From: Macrostomum lignano
Lineage: Eukaryota
Length of the DNA: 64,000 nucleotides
NCBI GenBank assembly: GCA_002269645.1
Contig: NIVC01000202.1
Location: 620,001-684,000, forward strand
Direction: 5' to 3'
How positions within the stretch are numbered: position 1 is the stretch's first letter; each line of letters begins with the position of its first letter. The translations under genes and the position numbers were made by a program. Positions 47,119 to 58,229 of this stretch are shown piece after piece. The notes beneath the pieces were generated by a model that was not told the origin of the DNA, searched no databases, and worked only from the letters and a program-made list of their open reading frames with translations.

Positions 47119-50100
47119 TCAGCAATTAGCCGGCATGTAGATCGGATTGTGAAAGGAGGTGCCGCCACCGCCGGCAGCCAATCCCGTGGCGGCGTCCAGA
47201 TTGAGCTGCGGCCGGTAGCCGGCAGCCCAGCGGCCGCGGCGCCACAGACGGACCCCGATGACAATCAGACCGGCCAGAGCCGCTGCGCTGCACAGAGCCA
47301 GCACGACGGCGACCGCCACAGACGTCGTCGACGAATATGTCGCGTTGCCGCTATTCCCCGAGCTAGTAGGCGTTGTTGGCGTTGCAAAGCACTGAGGCAG
47401 GCTACAATAGGCCAATTGAAGTTGCAGCGCTGGCGATTGAGCCGCAGTCACAAAGCAGACTGGCGAAGATCCAACACCGACAGAAGACACATTGCGGCAA
47501 TAAGCAGCCGCAGAGCCCACAGTTTCGCTAACAAATTCATTCGCCTTCAGTCTGTCCGCGGCGGCTGCGTCGGTCTTGGCGACAAACGCTCTCGCGCCCA
47601 ATGAGCTTCGACGAGTCGCCAGAGCCACGTCCCAGCGGATACAGGCTCGACCGTCGCGAGCTTCGCCAACTAGACTGCGGCTTCGAAGACAAGTTGAGTA
47701 GTTAGGGTCGGGTGCTGGCGTAGCGACTGCCGGTTGCCCAGCAACTAACCGTTTGCAGATGTAGGCAAACTTGTCTGAGCAGTTGGTCGCTGAGCGGAGG
47801 CCCCAGCCGAGGCTGAGCGAGTAGCAGCTGGCGGCGGTGGACCCGGCGCTGACGGCGGCAGGCGTCAGGTGGCCGACAGCTACGGCCGGATAGAGCAGGT
47901 CGGAGCGCAATGGCCGACTGTCCGAGCGCCAACTCCAATTGCCTCCTTGGCTGGTCAGGCCCAGCCAGACTTCGCTACCAACGCTGATGGCAGCTGATCG
48001 CAGAAAGTGCAACTCGGCCGACTGGGCAAAGCCGCCCTGCTCAAGCTCGAGTAGCTGTCTGCTGCTGGCCGAACTATTGAGGCTTCTACAGGCTGCCTGA
48101 GCATCGGCGAACGTGGCAACGCTGTCAGCTGATCTGAATTCGTAGCAGGCGGAGCCAAACCGGGCAAACTTAGACGGACAGCCGGCGGAAGATGCCGGAG
48201 GGGCGACCGCGACGGGTACGCCGCTGACTCGACAGAGTGGGCGAAGTTTCTTTGAGCACTGCTCGGTGCTCATGTGGCCGGATAGCCACCAGTAGGGGCT
48301 GCTACTGAGCCGTACGCAGTCGTATTTCTAGATTGATGTTTATAAATACACGGTTGTCGAACAAAGACTAAACAAAGAGTGTTGATTTAAATCAATATTC
48401 AACGAATATATACTACTAAAGTATAAGGCCGCTCTGTGAAGTAAAATCCGTCTACAACTGTCTTTTTAGAAGCTCGAAACTTCACAAGCTCGAAACTTTA
48501 CAATCAAAATCTAGAAACTTCACAATCAAAATCTAGAAACTTCACAATCAAAATCTCGAAACTTTACAATCAAAATCTAGAAACTTCACAATCAAAATCT
48601 CGAAACTTCACAATCACAGGCTCGAAACTTCACAATCAAAATCTCGGAACTTCACAATCAAAATCTCGAAACTTCACAATCACAATCTCGAAACTTCACA
48701 ATCAAAATCTAGAAACTTCACAATCACAGGCTGGAAACTTCACAATCACAGGCTCGAAACTTCACAATCACAGGCTCGAAACTTCACAATCACAGGCTCG
48801 AAACTTCACAATCACAGGCTCGAAACTTCACAATCACAGGCTCGAAACTTCACAGTCACAGGCTCGAAACTTCACAATCACAGGCTGGAAACTTCACAAT
48901 CACAGGCTGGAAACTTCACAATCACAGGCTGGAAACTTCACAATCACAGGCTGGAAACTTCACAATCACAGGCTGGAAACTTCACAATCACAGGCTGGAA
49001 ACTTCACAATCACAGGCTCGAAACTTCACAATCACAGGCTCGAAACTTCACAATCACAGGCTCGAAACTTCACAATCACAGGCTCGAAACTTCACAGTCA
49101 CAAGCTGGAAACTTCACAATCGATTTCATTCTACATTACTTTTCAGCATTTCTACAAATAATTGCTTTAAAAAACATGCAAATCAAACGCCGACAATGGC
49201 AATAATGTCAATATCTATTGCCCGATGCAAAGTAGGTACCTAGGTCGCTTAATTCGCCTCAGAGTCGTTTAAGTAACACAGGTAAAATAGGAAAGAAGTG
49301 ACTCTAGTAGACGATTCTAAAACGACGAGACGTCCCGGTTGTCAAGTCGCTAAAAATTCGTCAAAGAGTCGCGTATGAGTTAATTGCAGTCAGGCCACAG
49401 AGTCATATCTGAGGCGTGCTGGAGTCGCTGTGGAATCACTGAGTTGCGTCTAAAGTGCACCTGCGTCACTTTATGAATTCAAATCTAATTTCGCATTTAT
49501 AACAAACTGTGAGGAAAAAATTTGAAATCAGAAATAATAATCATTCAAACTGGGGCGCATTAAACAATCAAGGCATTCATTTAAATTTTATAATCGTTAT
49601 TACTAATAGCTATTGCAATTACTGCTCTACACTCATAGCTCGGAGTTCGGCAAATACAGTTAACTTATAATTAAATTTCTACTACTTATATCCTTGGTAA
49701 GTAGTATGTGTGATTAATTTATGAGGTTACGCGTTGATGAACACTGGGTTATTCTGAAAATACATATTTGTACCGACAATACGGGGGCAATTTAAGTGGA
49801 TTTCAGTAAATAGATAAATTTAATACCCTATCAATGGCTATATATGTTTTCATTTTTTCAGCACAAAAATTGCTATTGCTTTCGATAGGAGGCAGGTCCA
49901 ATGTTCATCTTTAGATATGTTGCGTCTTTCTTATAGTTCTATTGATATTCATAAAGCTTTTTGTTCAGAAAACATTGTATATGTCTTGTGCCTAAAAACT
50001 ATTAAAATGGCACAGCTCGACTCTGGTTTTATGAATCTATCTTATCATCTCTGTTACACACATTGTTACACAGTTAGCTAAGAATAAAAGAGATTCATAA

Positions 50101-53100
50101 AACCAATGAGCCGAGCCGTGCCATTTCAATAGTAAATGCCGTGCTAGACTGTTTGCTTCTATCTGAGCTTGACTCCTATCTGTTGTTTGTTTGCTTTTAA
50201 AAGCGCTACTAGAATTCGGATTTCTAAACCTACTTCTAGTAGCGTTTTGTAAACCGGCTCTTCTGCTTTCGGAAGCGGTTCTAAAAGTTTCATTGTACTT
50301 TTAGAAACGTTCCTATTAAATTTGTAACAAAATTTCGCTTTCTGATTGTAGAAGCGCTTTAAGAATTAAGTGAAGTTGATAGATCAAGCAGTCGTCCTTA
50401 CCTGAGTATCGGCAAAAGCGGCCCAGTCCGTGGCCAGTACCGGCCGGCCGTCTGTCCAACCAAAGACTCCGCCCTCGAGGCCAGCTTTAAATTCCAATCC
50501 AATCCAGGCTGATTGTGGATTCAATAAAGAGGACTCGCGATTAGCGGCCTCCGCTAAGAGGCTGGCCATGCGCTGCAGCTGAGCCTGAGTCTGATAGGAG
50601 GCCAACTGAGCACTGGAATGGCTAGCTTTGCACTCGGCCTCGGCTTGCGGATATGGAACTGCGGTTGGCAACAGTCGATAGCAGGCGCTATCAGTTGACG
50701 ACGCGGCTACGAAGCCGTCGGGACAAGCGTAAGTTTGCCGCCCGGCTGGCTCAGGCGCTGCTGTAGACAGTCTATCGAATAGCCTGGACCGTTTGCACAG
50801 GAATGCCTGCCGAGTGTTGCAATCCATAGACCAGAACTGGCCTGGATACTTCGAATCCGGCCTGGTTTCCATAGCAACGCATAGAGACTTGGCTAGATCT
50901 ACTGACTGATCTGGCGGATTATCTAGCGGTATAAAATCTGCAAATCGCATGGGACTACCGTCCGACCACGCCGAGTAGGCATTAGCAACCGGGCTCAGAC
51001 TGGTGCTAGCGCCAAGCCAAACTTTGTCAGCGCTGAACTGCTTCAAGAATGTGAATACAGCCTTCGATTCGTTCATCGAACCAATAGAAGCCAATTGGCC
51101 AGCATTGCTCCAGTGTTTCTGGCAGATATTATTGGCATCCTGCCATGACTGTTTAGCTCCGGAATCCGTTTTGTCAACAAACAAATATTCCAAGCAACCG
51201 GAACCGTCTGGCATCGGTATAGACAGCTCGTTTGATTTGTCATCGGGCGATTTACAGACTGGTCTATCTCCGCCACCGCCGCTACTACTACCAGTAGTGT
51301 GACTAACTGGAGTTTTAGCAGGCGCTGTTGTACCAACGGTACTGCTATTGTTAGAAGCTGCAGTGGGCGTCACAGTCGTAGTAGTCGATGCTATACTACT
51401 AGCAGTAGTAGTAGTGGAACTTGTCAAAGTTGACGTAGTCAAAGGCAGGCCGGGAGTCTGACAGATGTATGGCAACGTTTTTGAGCAGACTTCCGTCATC
51501 CATTCGCCATATTTTCCACTGATAGAAACGCACGCCTTAGTATTGAAAGGCATGCTAAGCGGTAGCTTGGGATAGCCGTGACGGAATTGGAAAAACTGGA
51601 CTCCAGTGCCGCCATCTTCCGACCAGATCAAATGCTGCTGGCCTTCCACAAACGAAACGGTCATGCCTAGCCAAGCTTCATCTGATGGTGAAAGATTCTT
51701 AAGCTTCTTACTGATAACCAGCTGCTCCTGGCGGCTGTGCACGCTGGCTAGACTGCCACCGACTTTGGCGCAGGCGGCATCCGCGTCAGTCCAGTTGGCA
51801 TTAGTATTATACAGTTTATAGCATTTTCCGTTAACTGCCGGTTCCTCACCGTCTGGACAGCGCAAATTCTGGCTCTTGTTAGGCGAAAACGGATGATCAA
51901 CCAGATTGTAGCGGCACGCCATCAAAGGGTCCGTGTCGTTGCATAGCCGGGCCTCCAGACTGTTGGACTGCAGGTTCAATGCTGTGCACAGGTAGCGCTG
52001 AGTGTCCGAATTCTGGTAGTGAGAAATATGAGGTTAAATAATAAGTATGTGCTACCAGCGTAGAAGCAGATAACGGAGACCTGATGGAGCAGAAAGTTTT
52101 TCGAGATGCTGGAGAAAAAATGACAGAGCAGCACTCAGGGATGCTGGAAACCGAAGATTAAAAAAACTAGTATTGAAAGCAGATGATGGAGTAATAAAAA
52201 TAAAATCTCGGATTCTAGAAGCAGATGATGGAGCAGAAAATCTGTGATGGTGGAAACAGATGATGAGCAGGAAATCTGGGATGCTGGAAACAGATTATGG
52301 AGCAGGAACTCTGGGATGCTGGAAGCAGATGATGGAGCAGGAAATCTGGGATTCCGGAAGCAGATGATGGAGCTGAAGTCAGAAAGCATGCTGCGTACCA
52401 GTAGCACAAAAAACAAACATTTTCAACAAATAATAACAATACAAATAAAAATAAAAATGACCAACCTTTAGCTGAGTGGGCAGAATCTTAAACACAAAAT
52501 CATAGTCAGCCGAGCTGCCATCGTCCCAGGTGAGCAGCCAGCCGTGTTTGCTTTCGTCTGGCTCAACGTTGAGCCCCAGCCAGACAGCCGGGCCGTTTGT
52601 CAAGTTGACGCCAAGCTGATCGGCCAGAGCAGATAGGAAGGCCTGCTCACCTCGATGGTGGAACAGGGCCAAGCTGGCGTTCTGGTTGGCGCACTCGGCG
52701 GCCATGTCCGAGCGGTTGCCATTGGTCCCGGCAGCCAGAGTCCAGCAGATGTCGCCGTAGGCATAGAAACCCGGACGGCAGCGGCTGGCGGGACTACTGT
52801 GAAGGATGCCGATAGGCGATGGCACATGGCTTGTGTTAAGCTTGCTAGGCGGCGCCTGGCACAGGGCGGAGAAGAATCTGTCTGTGCAGGGTACGTTGTT
52901 CCACTCGCCTGGAATTATAATGATAGTAATGTTTATTAGATCGTATAGTCTTATTGCAATATTTACCATGGAATTTTAGCCAAATTCTATAGCTTTTCTG
53001 ACATCTCTAGGGAAGGTGAAACCACAGTTGCTATGCAGAACTAAGCTACCTGTATCTCTATGGAAGGTGAAACCACAGTTGCTATGCAGAACTAAGCTAC

Positions 53101-55245
53101 CTGTATCTCTATGGAAGGTGAAACCACAGTTGCTATGCAGAACTAAGCTACCTGTATCTCTATGGAAGGTGAAACCACAGTTGCTATGCAGAACTAAGCT
53201 ACCTGTATCGCTATGGAAGGTGAAACCACAGTTGCTATGCAGAACTAAGCTACCTGTATCTCTATGGAATGTGAAACCACAGTTGCTATGCAGAACTAAG
53301 CTACCTGTATCTATCTCTATGGAAGGTGAAACCACAGTTGCTATGCAGAACTAAGCTACCTGTATCTCTATGGAAGGTGAAACCACAGTTGCTATGCAGA
53401 ACTAAGCTACCTGTATCGCTATGGAAGGTGAAACCACAGTTGCTATGCAGAACTAAGCTACCTGTATCTCTATGGAATGTGAAACCACAGTTGCTATGCA
53501 GAACTAAGCTACCTGTATCTATCTCTATGGAAGGTGAAACCACAGTTGCTATGCAGAACTAAGCTACCTGTATCGCTATGGAAGGTGAAACCACAGTTGC
53601 TATGCAGAACTAAGCTACCTGTATCTCTATGGAAGGTGAAACCACAGTTGCTATGCAGAACTAAGCTACCTGTATCTCTATGGAAGGTGAAACCACAGTT
53701 GCTATGCAGAACTAAGCTACCTGTATCGCTATGGAAGGTGAAACCACAGTTGCTATGCAGAACTAAGCTACCTGTATCGCTATGGAAGGTGAAACCACAG
53801 TTGCTATGCAGAACTAAGCTACCTGTATCTCTATGGAATGTGAAACCACAGTTGCTATGCAGAACTAAGCTACCTGTATCTCTTTAGAAGGTGAAACGCG
53901 GCGCATCTGAAGGCTGCGTACGGCTGTTCAGTCCAAGGACTGGGGGGGGGGGTCGCCACACAGCCTCAATTACCCCAGCTAATGCTGGCACCCATTTTAC
54001 AGCTGGGTGAACTAAAGCAATGCATAGCAATGCAACTAAGCAATGCATAGAGTGTCTTGCTTAAGGACACAAACTGTTCCAGTGGAATCGGGAAACGAAC
54101 CCCCGACCTTCAAGTCGTAAGTCCGACCGCTCTGACCACTAGGCTACAACCTCCTTTGTATCTGTATGGAAGGTGAAGCCGCAGTTGCTATGCAAAATTA
54201 AGCTACTTGCGTCTCTAAAGTGCAACCGCAATTGCTTTGCAGAGATTTTACATTACAACCAGCTAGGCTCACCTAAGCTAACCTCCCGCTGATGCGCCAC
54301 AACGCAGGACTCTGTCTTAAACGGCGTAGACGGTTCGCCCAGTTTCCAATCGCTGTGCCGCATATCGCCGGTGCCGTTGACCTGCCAGGCCCAGTACTTA
54401 TCGGGCATGTACTCCAAGCTGATCCAGGCGTGTCCATGAGCCGTCGATCCGATTAGGGCCGTGGCTAGGAATTGCGTATTAAAATCGTTAATAACAGCTA
54501 AACTAGCCTCGGCCGACCAGTTCCTGCAGGCTTGAACAGCCAAGTCCCTATCGAATTTATCAGCTGGGGAACTTTTTGGCGAATTCAGCACCCGGTAGCA
54601 GAGGCCGCGATGCAGAGTGGCGTTGGCGCCGTCGCATCGAAGCTTCGAATCGAACTGCACCGAGTCTCTATAGGGCGACTGGATCGGCTGTCTAGCGCAC
54701 AGGGCCGCCGAACTGTTAGTGGAACCATCGATGAAGTTCAGTTTCAGAATCGAGTTGTCAATCAGTTTCAAGGCGCCGTGACGACCGCTGTAGCGAGACA
54801 GTACGGGAGTTGCGCCAGGCAGCTTGGACATGGAAAAGTCGGTGTAGTTAGCGTCCAGCCACTCCAGGCTGACCAGATCAGTGACGCGAGCCCCAGTCCA
54901 GTAGCTAGCTGAGAGCTCAGTAGTAGTGGCATTGGTCTCATTGCGACTGCTCAGCAATGCGCTAAGCAACAATTCATTGAACTGCTGATTGCGCAAGAAG
55001 ATCAATCTGCTATTGTTGCCAAGGGATAGGCAGTACTGGCGAGCCTGGCTAATGTTGAGCGGAGCCTGGCCAATCAGAATGCAGTCAGTCTGGCCAACAG
55101 GCAGCCAGCCGTCCTGGCAGCTTGGCCGGGACTCGGCAATTTGTACCAGCTGGCAAGCGATTAAAACGGTTAATAGGGCCAGCAGGCTGATGGCGCCTCG
55201 GGGAGTCTGGGGAGCAAGGCAGAGATGCTGAATAGACAGAGTCAT
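47119..55245 (-). CDS. Mannose-receptor-like type I membrane protein: signal peptide, 7 C-type lectin-like domains, Ser/Thr stalk, kringle, TM helix, FxNPxY tail (up to about 1411 aa)
   Basis: Exons 55245(or 55227/55206)-54273, 52908-52466, 52012-50402, 48327-47119 join in frame. Repeated CTLD pattern C..W..A...C....LAS(I/V)....WIG..W.DG..C..W...C....ICK; kringle-like C..G.A.DGRACIRW..YCRN..PVCF..YCSLPQC; TM VAVAVVLALCSAAALAGLIVIGV; tail SFHNPIY. True start uncertain. Confidence 0.88.
48470..49120. repeat. 22-bp minisatellite (CTTCACAATCACAGGCTCGAAA)
   Basis: Last intron of the lectin receptor. Confidence 0.96.
49240..49400. mobile_element. Degenerate copy of the 55714-55911 element
   Basis: Co-linear similarity over ~110 nt seen by eye. 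Confidence 0.5.
52070..52380. repeat. Degenerate tandem repeat (GCAGATGATGGAGCAGGAAATCTGGGATGCTGGAA)
   Basis: Lectin receptor intron 2. Confidence 0.75.
53005..53896. repeat. 51-bp minisatellite, about 17 units
   Basis: CTAAGCTACC marker at 53041 and 53092; lectin receptor intron 1. Confidence 0.97.
53897..54154 (-). mobile_element. tRNA-derived SINE, copy 4, 3'-truncated, at the edge of the 51-bp array
   Basis: Same family; lacks the terminal gcaaccgacagctc..attg block. Confidence 0.85.
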
Positions 55246-55288
55246 TGTAGCGACAAATTAATCACAGTTTAATAGGGGCTCAAATCAG

Positions 55289-55294
55289 TTTATT
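55289..55294 (-). promoter_or_regulatory. Polyadenylation signal overlapping the COPS9 stop codon
   Basis: Minus strand reads GCC TAA ATAAA; AATAAA shares the last A of the stop. Confidence 0.55.
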
Positions 55295-58229
55295 TAGGCA
55301 AGATCTTCGTCATCGAATAGGTCACCAAAATCTGCAATGGGATAGCGGGAGAGTGTAAGCGGATTAGCTCGATGAAAACGCTACTTAGGCCAATAAATAA
55401 TATAATAATAACTGATTACACCTGCTCTAACGGGCAGATGTGCAACCGACAGCTCAACCGCAGCTATTGCGCGGCGCATCTGAAGGCTGCGTACGGCTGT
55501 TCAGTCCAAGGACTGGGGGGGGGGGGTCGCTACACACCCTCAGTTACCACAGCTAATGCTGGCACCAATTTTACAGCTGGGTGAACTGAAGCAATTCAGA
55601 GTTAAGTGTCTTGCTTAAGGACACAAATTGTTCCAGTGGGTTCGGGAATCGAACCCCCCGACCTTCAAGTCGTGAGTCTGACGCTCTAACCACTGGGCTA
55701 GGCCAGGAAGCGTCCCAGAGTCGCTTGTGCAGCCCTAGAGTCGTTGCAGGTAGCACAGGTAAAATAAGAAGTAAGTGAATCTAGCTAGACGACTCTTAAA
55801 CGACGAGATGTCTCGTACAAGTCACCAAAAAGTCGTCAAAGAATCGCCTCAAAGTCTTATTTTGAGTCCTTTTATTGTCTGCGTCTCTAGGGCGACGCAA
55901 GTGACCCTGGGTGCTTCTATAATGATTAACATGTAAAGTGTAGCTACATCTTTAGCGACTCTTACGATCCTACAATTCTCAGTCACTTGAGTCGTTAAAA
56001 AGTCACACAAGGGTCGCCACAAAATTGCTAGAATTACTAGAAGTCATTTGGAATGGCTCCTTAGCAATACTTGTCACCGTGTCACGGTAACGTTTTCTTA
56101 AACGGGTTGTGCACAAAAATTGGCCCAGGGGGCGTAAACGCTCACACGTGTACACCCTGTGTGAGCATTTACGTGCTCAGGGGTCAGCAGAATGGGCATG
56201 ACTACAAAGAAACAGATTCACTAGCACTAAATTAATCGAAGCTGTGAAGCGAACATGTTCTTTCACAAAACGAATTGCAGAGTAAAATAAATAACTAGTT
56301 CGCAAAGCAGTTACCGTTGTTAAAGTCGGAGTGCACAATTTTCTCGCTGCTGGGATAATCAAAGGCCAGGTTGCCACTGCGGCCGTCGCTTACCTGAAGT
56401 GATTTTATTAAATTATAATTGATAATTAATAAAAAGCAACATCTGTAAAGATAAGAAGGCCATATCATATGATAAACACTAATAACTAGACATCTGGACT
56501 GCACATCAGTGTCTAATTAATTAATTTCAGAGAACTTATAAAATCAAATGGCATTGCATTATATTTAGCTAAAGAAATATCTAAAACACAAGCGAAATCT
56601 AATTGACTAATCAACAAACCATTCCTAAAGGACTTTATAACTTTGATAATATCCCAATTTTTATATAAAATAACTTCTATTATTTTAGTGATTATGATAT
56701 TTTCTCTCTATCAACACCATTCATTTCTTTCCACATGTCTTAAATCTACATGCTAAAAATTTTTTTTTCTACTTTTTCCATATTTACTGCAATGCCATAA
56801 GCAAGACTTTAATACTAATTTGGCTATGTGAATGATATTTTAATAGATATTTTGACATTGTAGGTCTAAAAAATAAATATGTCATGATAATTATAACCAT
56901 AAGATTAAATTCCTATTTTTTTACTTTTCTAAGAGTTTATAGATTATAAAATAAAAAATTGCATCTTTAGCCTAGTAAAAAACCTAAAAGCCCAGGCTGG
57001 AATGTTTGCTTCAGACTTTAGACTTTACACTACAAAATCTTGTATTGAAAAAATAGATTACATAAAACATTTTTAATTATTTATGTTTAAACAGTTTTGA
57101 CTAATCTTATTTATTGCATAGGATGCACTTATAATATAATGATAAATCATAAATTTATTAGATATACAATTAGTTTCATATTAAAAAATTTTGGTATTTA
57201 AATTTTTTATCAATTGTTATGAATAGTTATGTTATAATGGAATAACTTGCATATTATTTTTATGATTTATATTTGGCTTATACAAGCATACTATGTAGAA
57301 GCATAGCTAAGGGCAAATATAAATGCTAGCATAAATTAAACCTTATAAAAAATTACAGTTCTGTCATAGCTATGGATTTGATATAGGAAGTTATAGATAC
57401 ATTGATTTTGGCCTCCAAGTTATGGATATGGATATTTTTCCCATATCCTATTCAGAACCTAGTTTTGTAACTGAAACAAAAATGTTAGTATATTTACATG
57501 CATTATAGATAAAAATGTAGCAACTCCCTTGCATGCATTTTCATTTGATTATATCATATAATCATATCATATATAATGTTATGACTATATAAATATTTGT
57601 AGTTTGAAAATATTTGGAATCATCATCTAGAATATATATATCCCCTCACCTATGCAACCATGGTAGCTATCTATGAGACTGATTTCTTGGGACTTATAAT
57701 AGGCATCTAGTTCTATGATTGTTGACAATTTGACTAGGATCTGCTACTAGGCTATAACCCATACATGTACAATACCTAGCTAAGCCAGCTAATCTAGCCA
57801 TCTAATAAAAGGCCTAGCCAAGATAAGTCACAAAAATTCCCATCAAAAATAGTACTGAAGATAATAAAATATTTAGCCCTGATAATAGGCCTACATTTGA
57901 CTCATAGTTACTACTTCCATTTACTCACAATTATGATCATTTTTGCTTAGGTGTCTTTCATAGGTAAGTCAAAAAGAAAGTTGCTTACATCAGTGCCAGT
58001 GTAAATCAGGGACAGGGGGTTATGCAGGTAGGTGGCATGTATGCTAAAGGTTATAACCTACAATTACAAACTGATTATAAATTAGGCCTTTAGGTTTAAT
58101 GATTAGAAGAAAAAAAGCAACAAAACACACTAGTTTAAGCAATCTGAACAAATATTTTACCTCAGCTGTGTTGTCAATTTCACCCATTGGATCATCAGGA
58201 AACATTTCATCAGTAGGCTTGTTAGACAT
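55294..58229 (-). CDS. COPS9: COP9 signalosome subunit 9 (CSNAP/MYEOV2), 61 aa, three coding exons
   Basis: Exons 58229-58161, 56393-56315, 55331-55294 have GT/AG sites and correct phases (0, 1; 186 nt). Product MSNKPTDEMFPDDPMGEIDNTAEVSDGRSGNLAFDYPSSEKIVHSDFNNDFGDLFDDEDLA aligns by eye with COPS9 (KPAVDEMFP...[20 protein letters not shown]). Confidence 0.88.
55392..55701 (-). mobile_element. tRNA-derived SINE, copy 5, most complete (COPS9 last intron)
   Basis: Same family, plus the extended tail ..GCACATCTGCCCGTTAGAGCAGGTGTAATC and a (TTA)n-like end. Confidence 0.85.
55714..55911. mobile_element. MITE-like element with ~27-bp imperfect TIRs (CCCAG..CTGGG); related copy at ~49240-49400
   Basis: CCAGAGTCGCTTGTGCAGCCCTAGAG versus reverse complement CCAGGGTCACTTGCGTCGCCCTAGAG. 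The core CACAGGTAAAATA..CTAG..GACGA.TCT.AAACGACGAGA is shared with 49257-49330. Confidence 0.6.

Noticed and set aside
14334-55701. SINE heads as functional tRNA genes
   Set aside because: No acceptor-stem 3' half; each continues into the same non-tRNA body.
57940-57970. Plus-strand 13-nt microexon (TTAG|GTGTCTTTCATAG|GTAAGT)
   Set aside because: Antisense to COPS9 with no partner exons; likely chance in AT-rich DNA.
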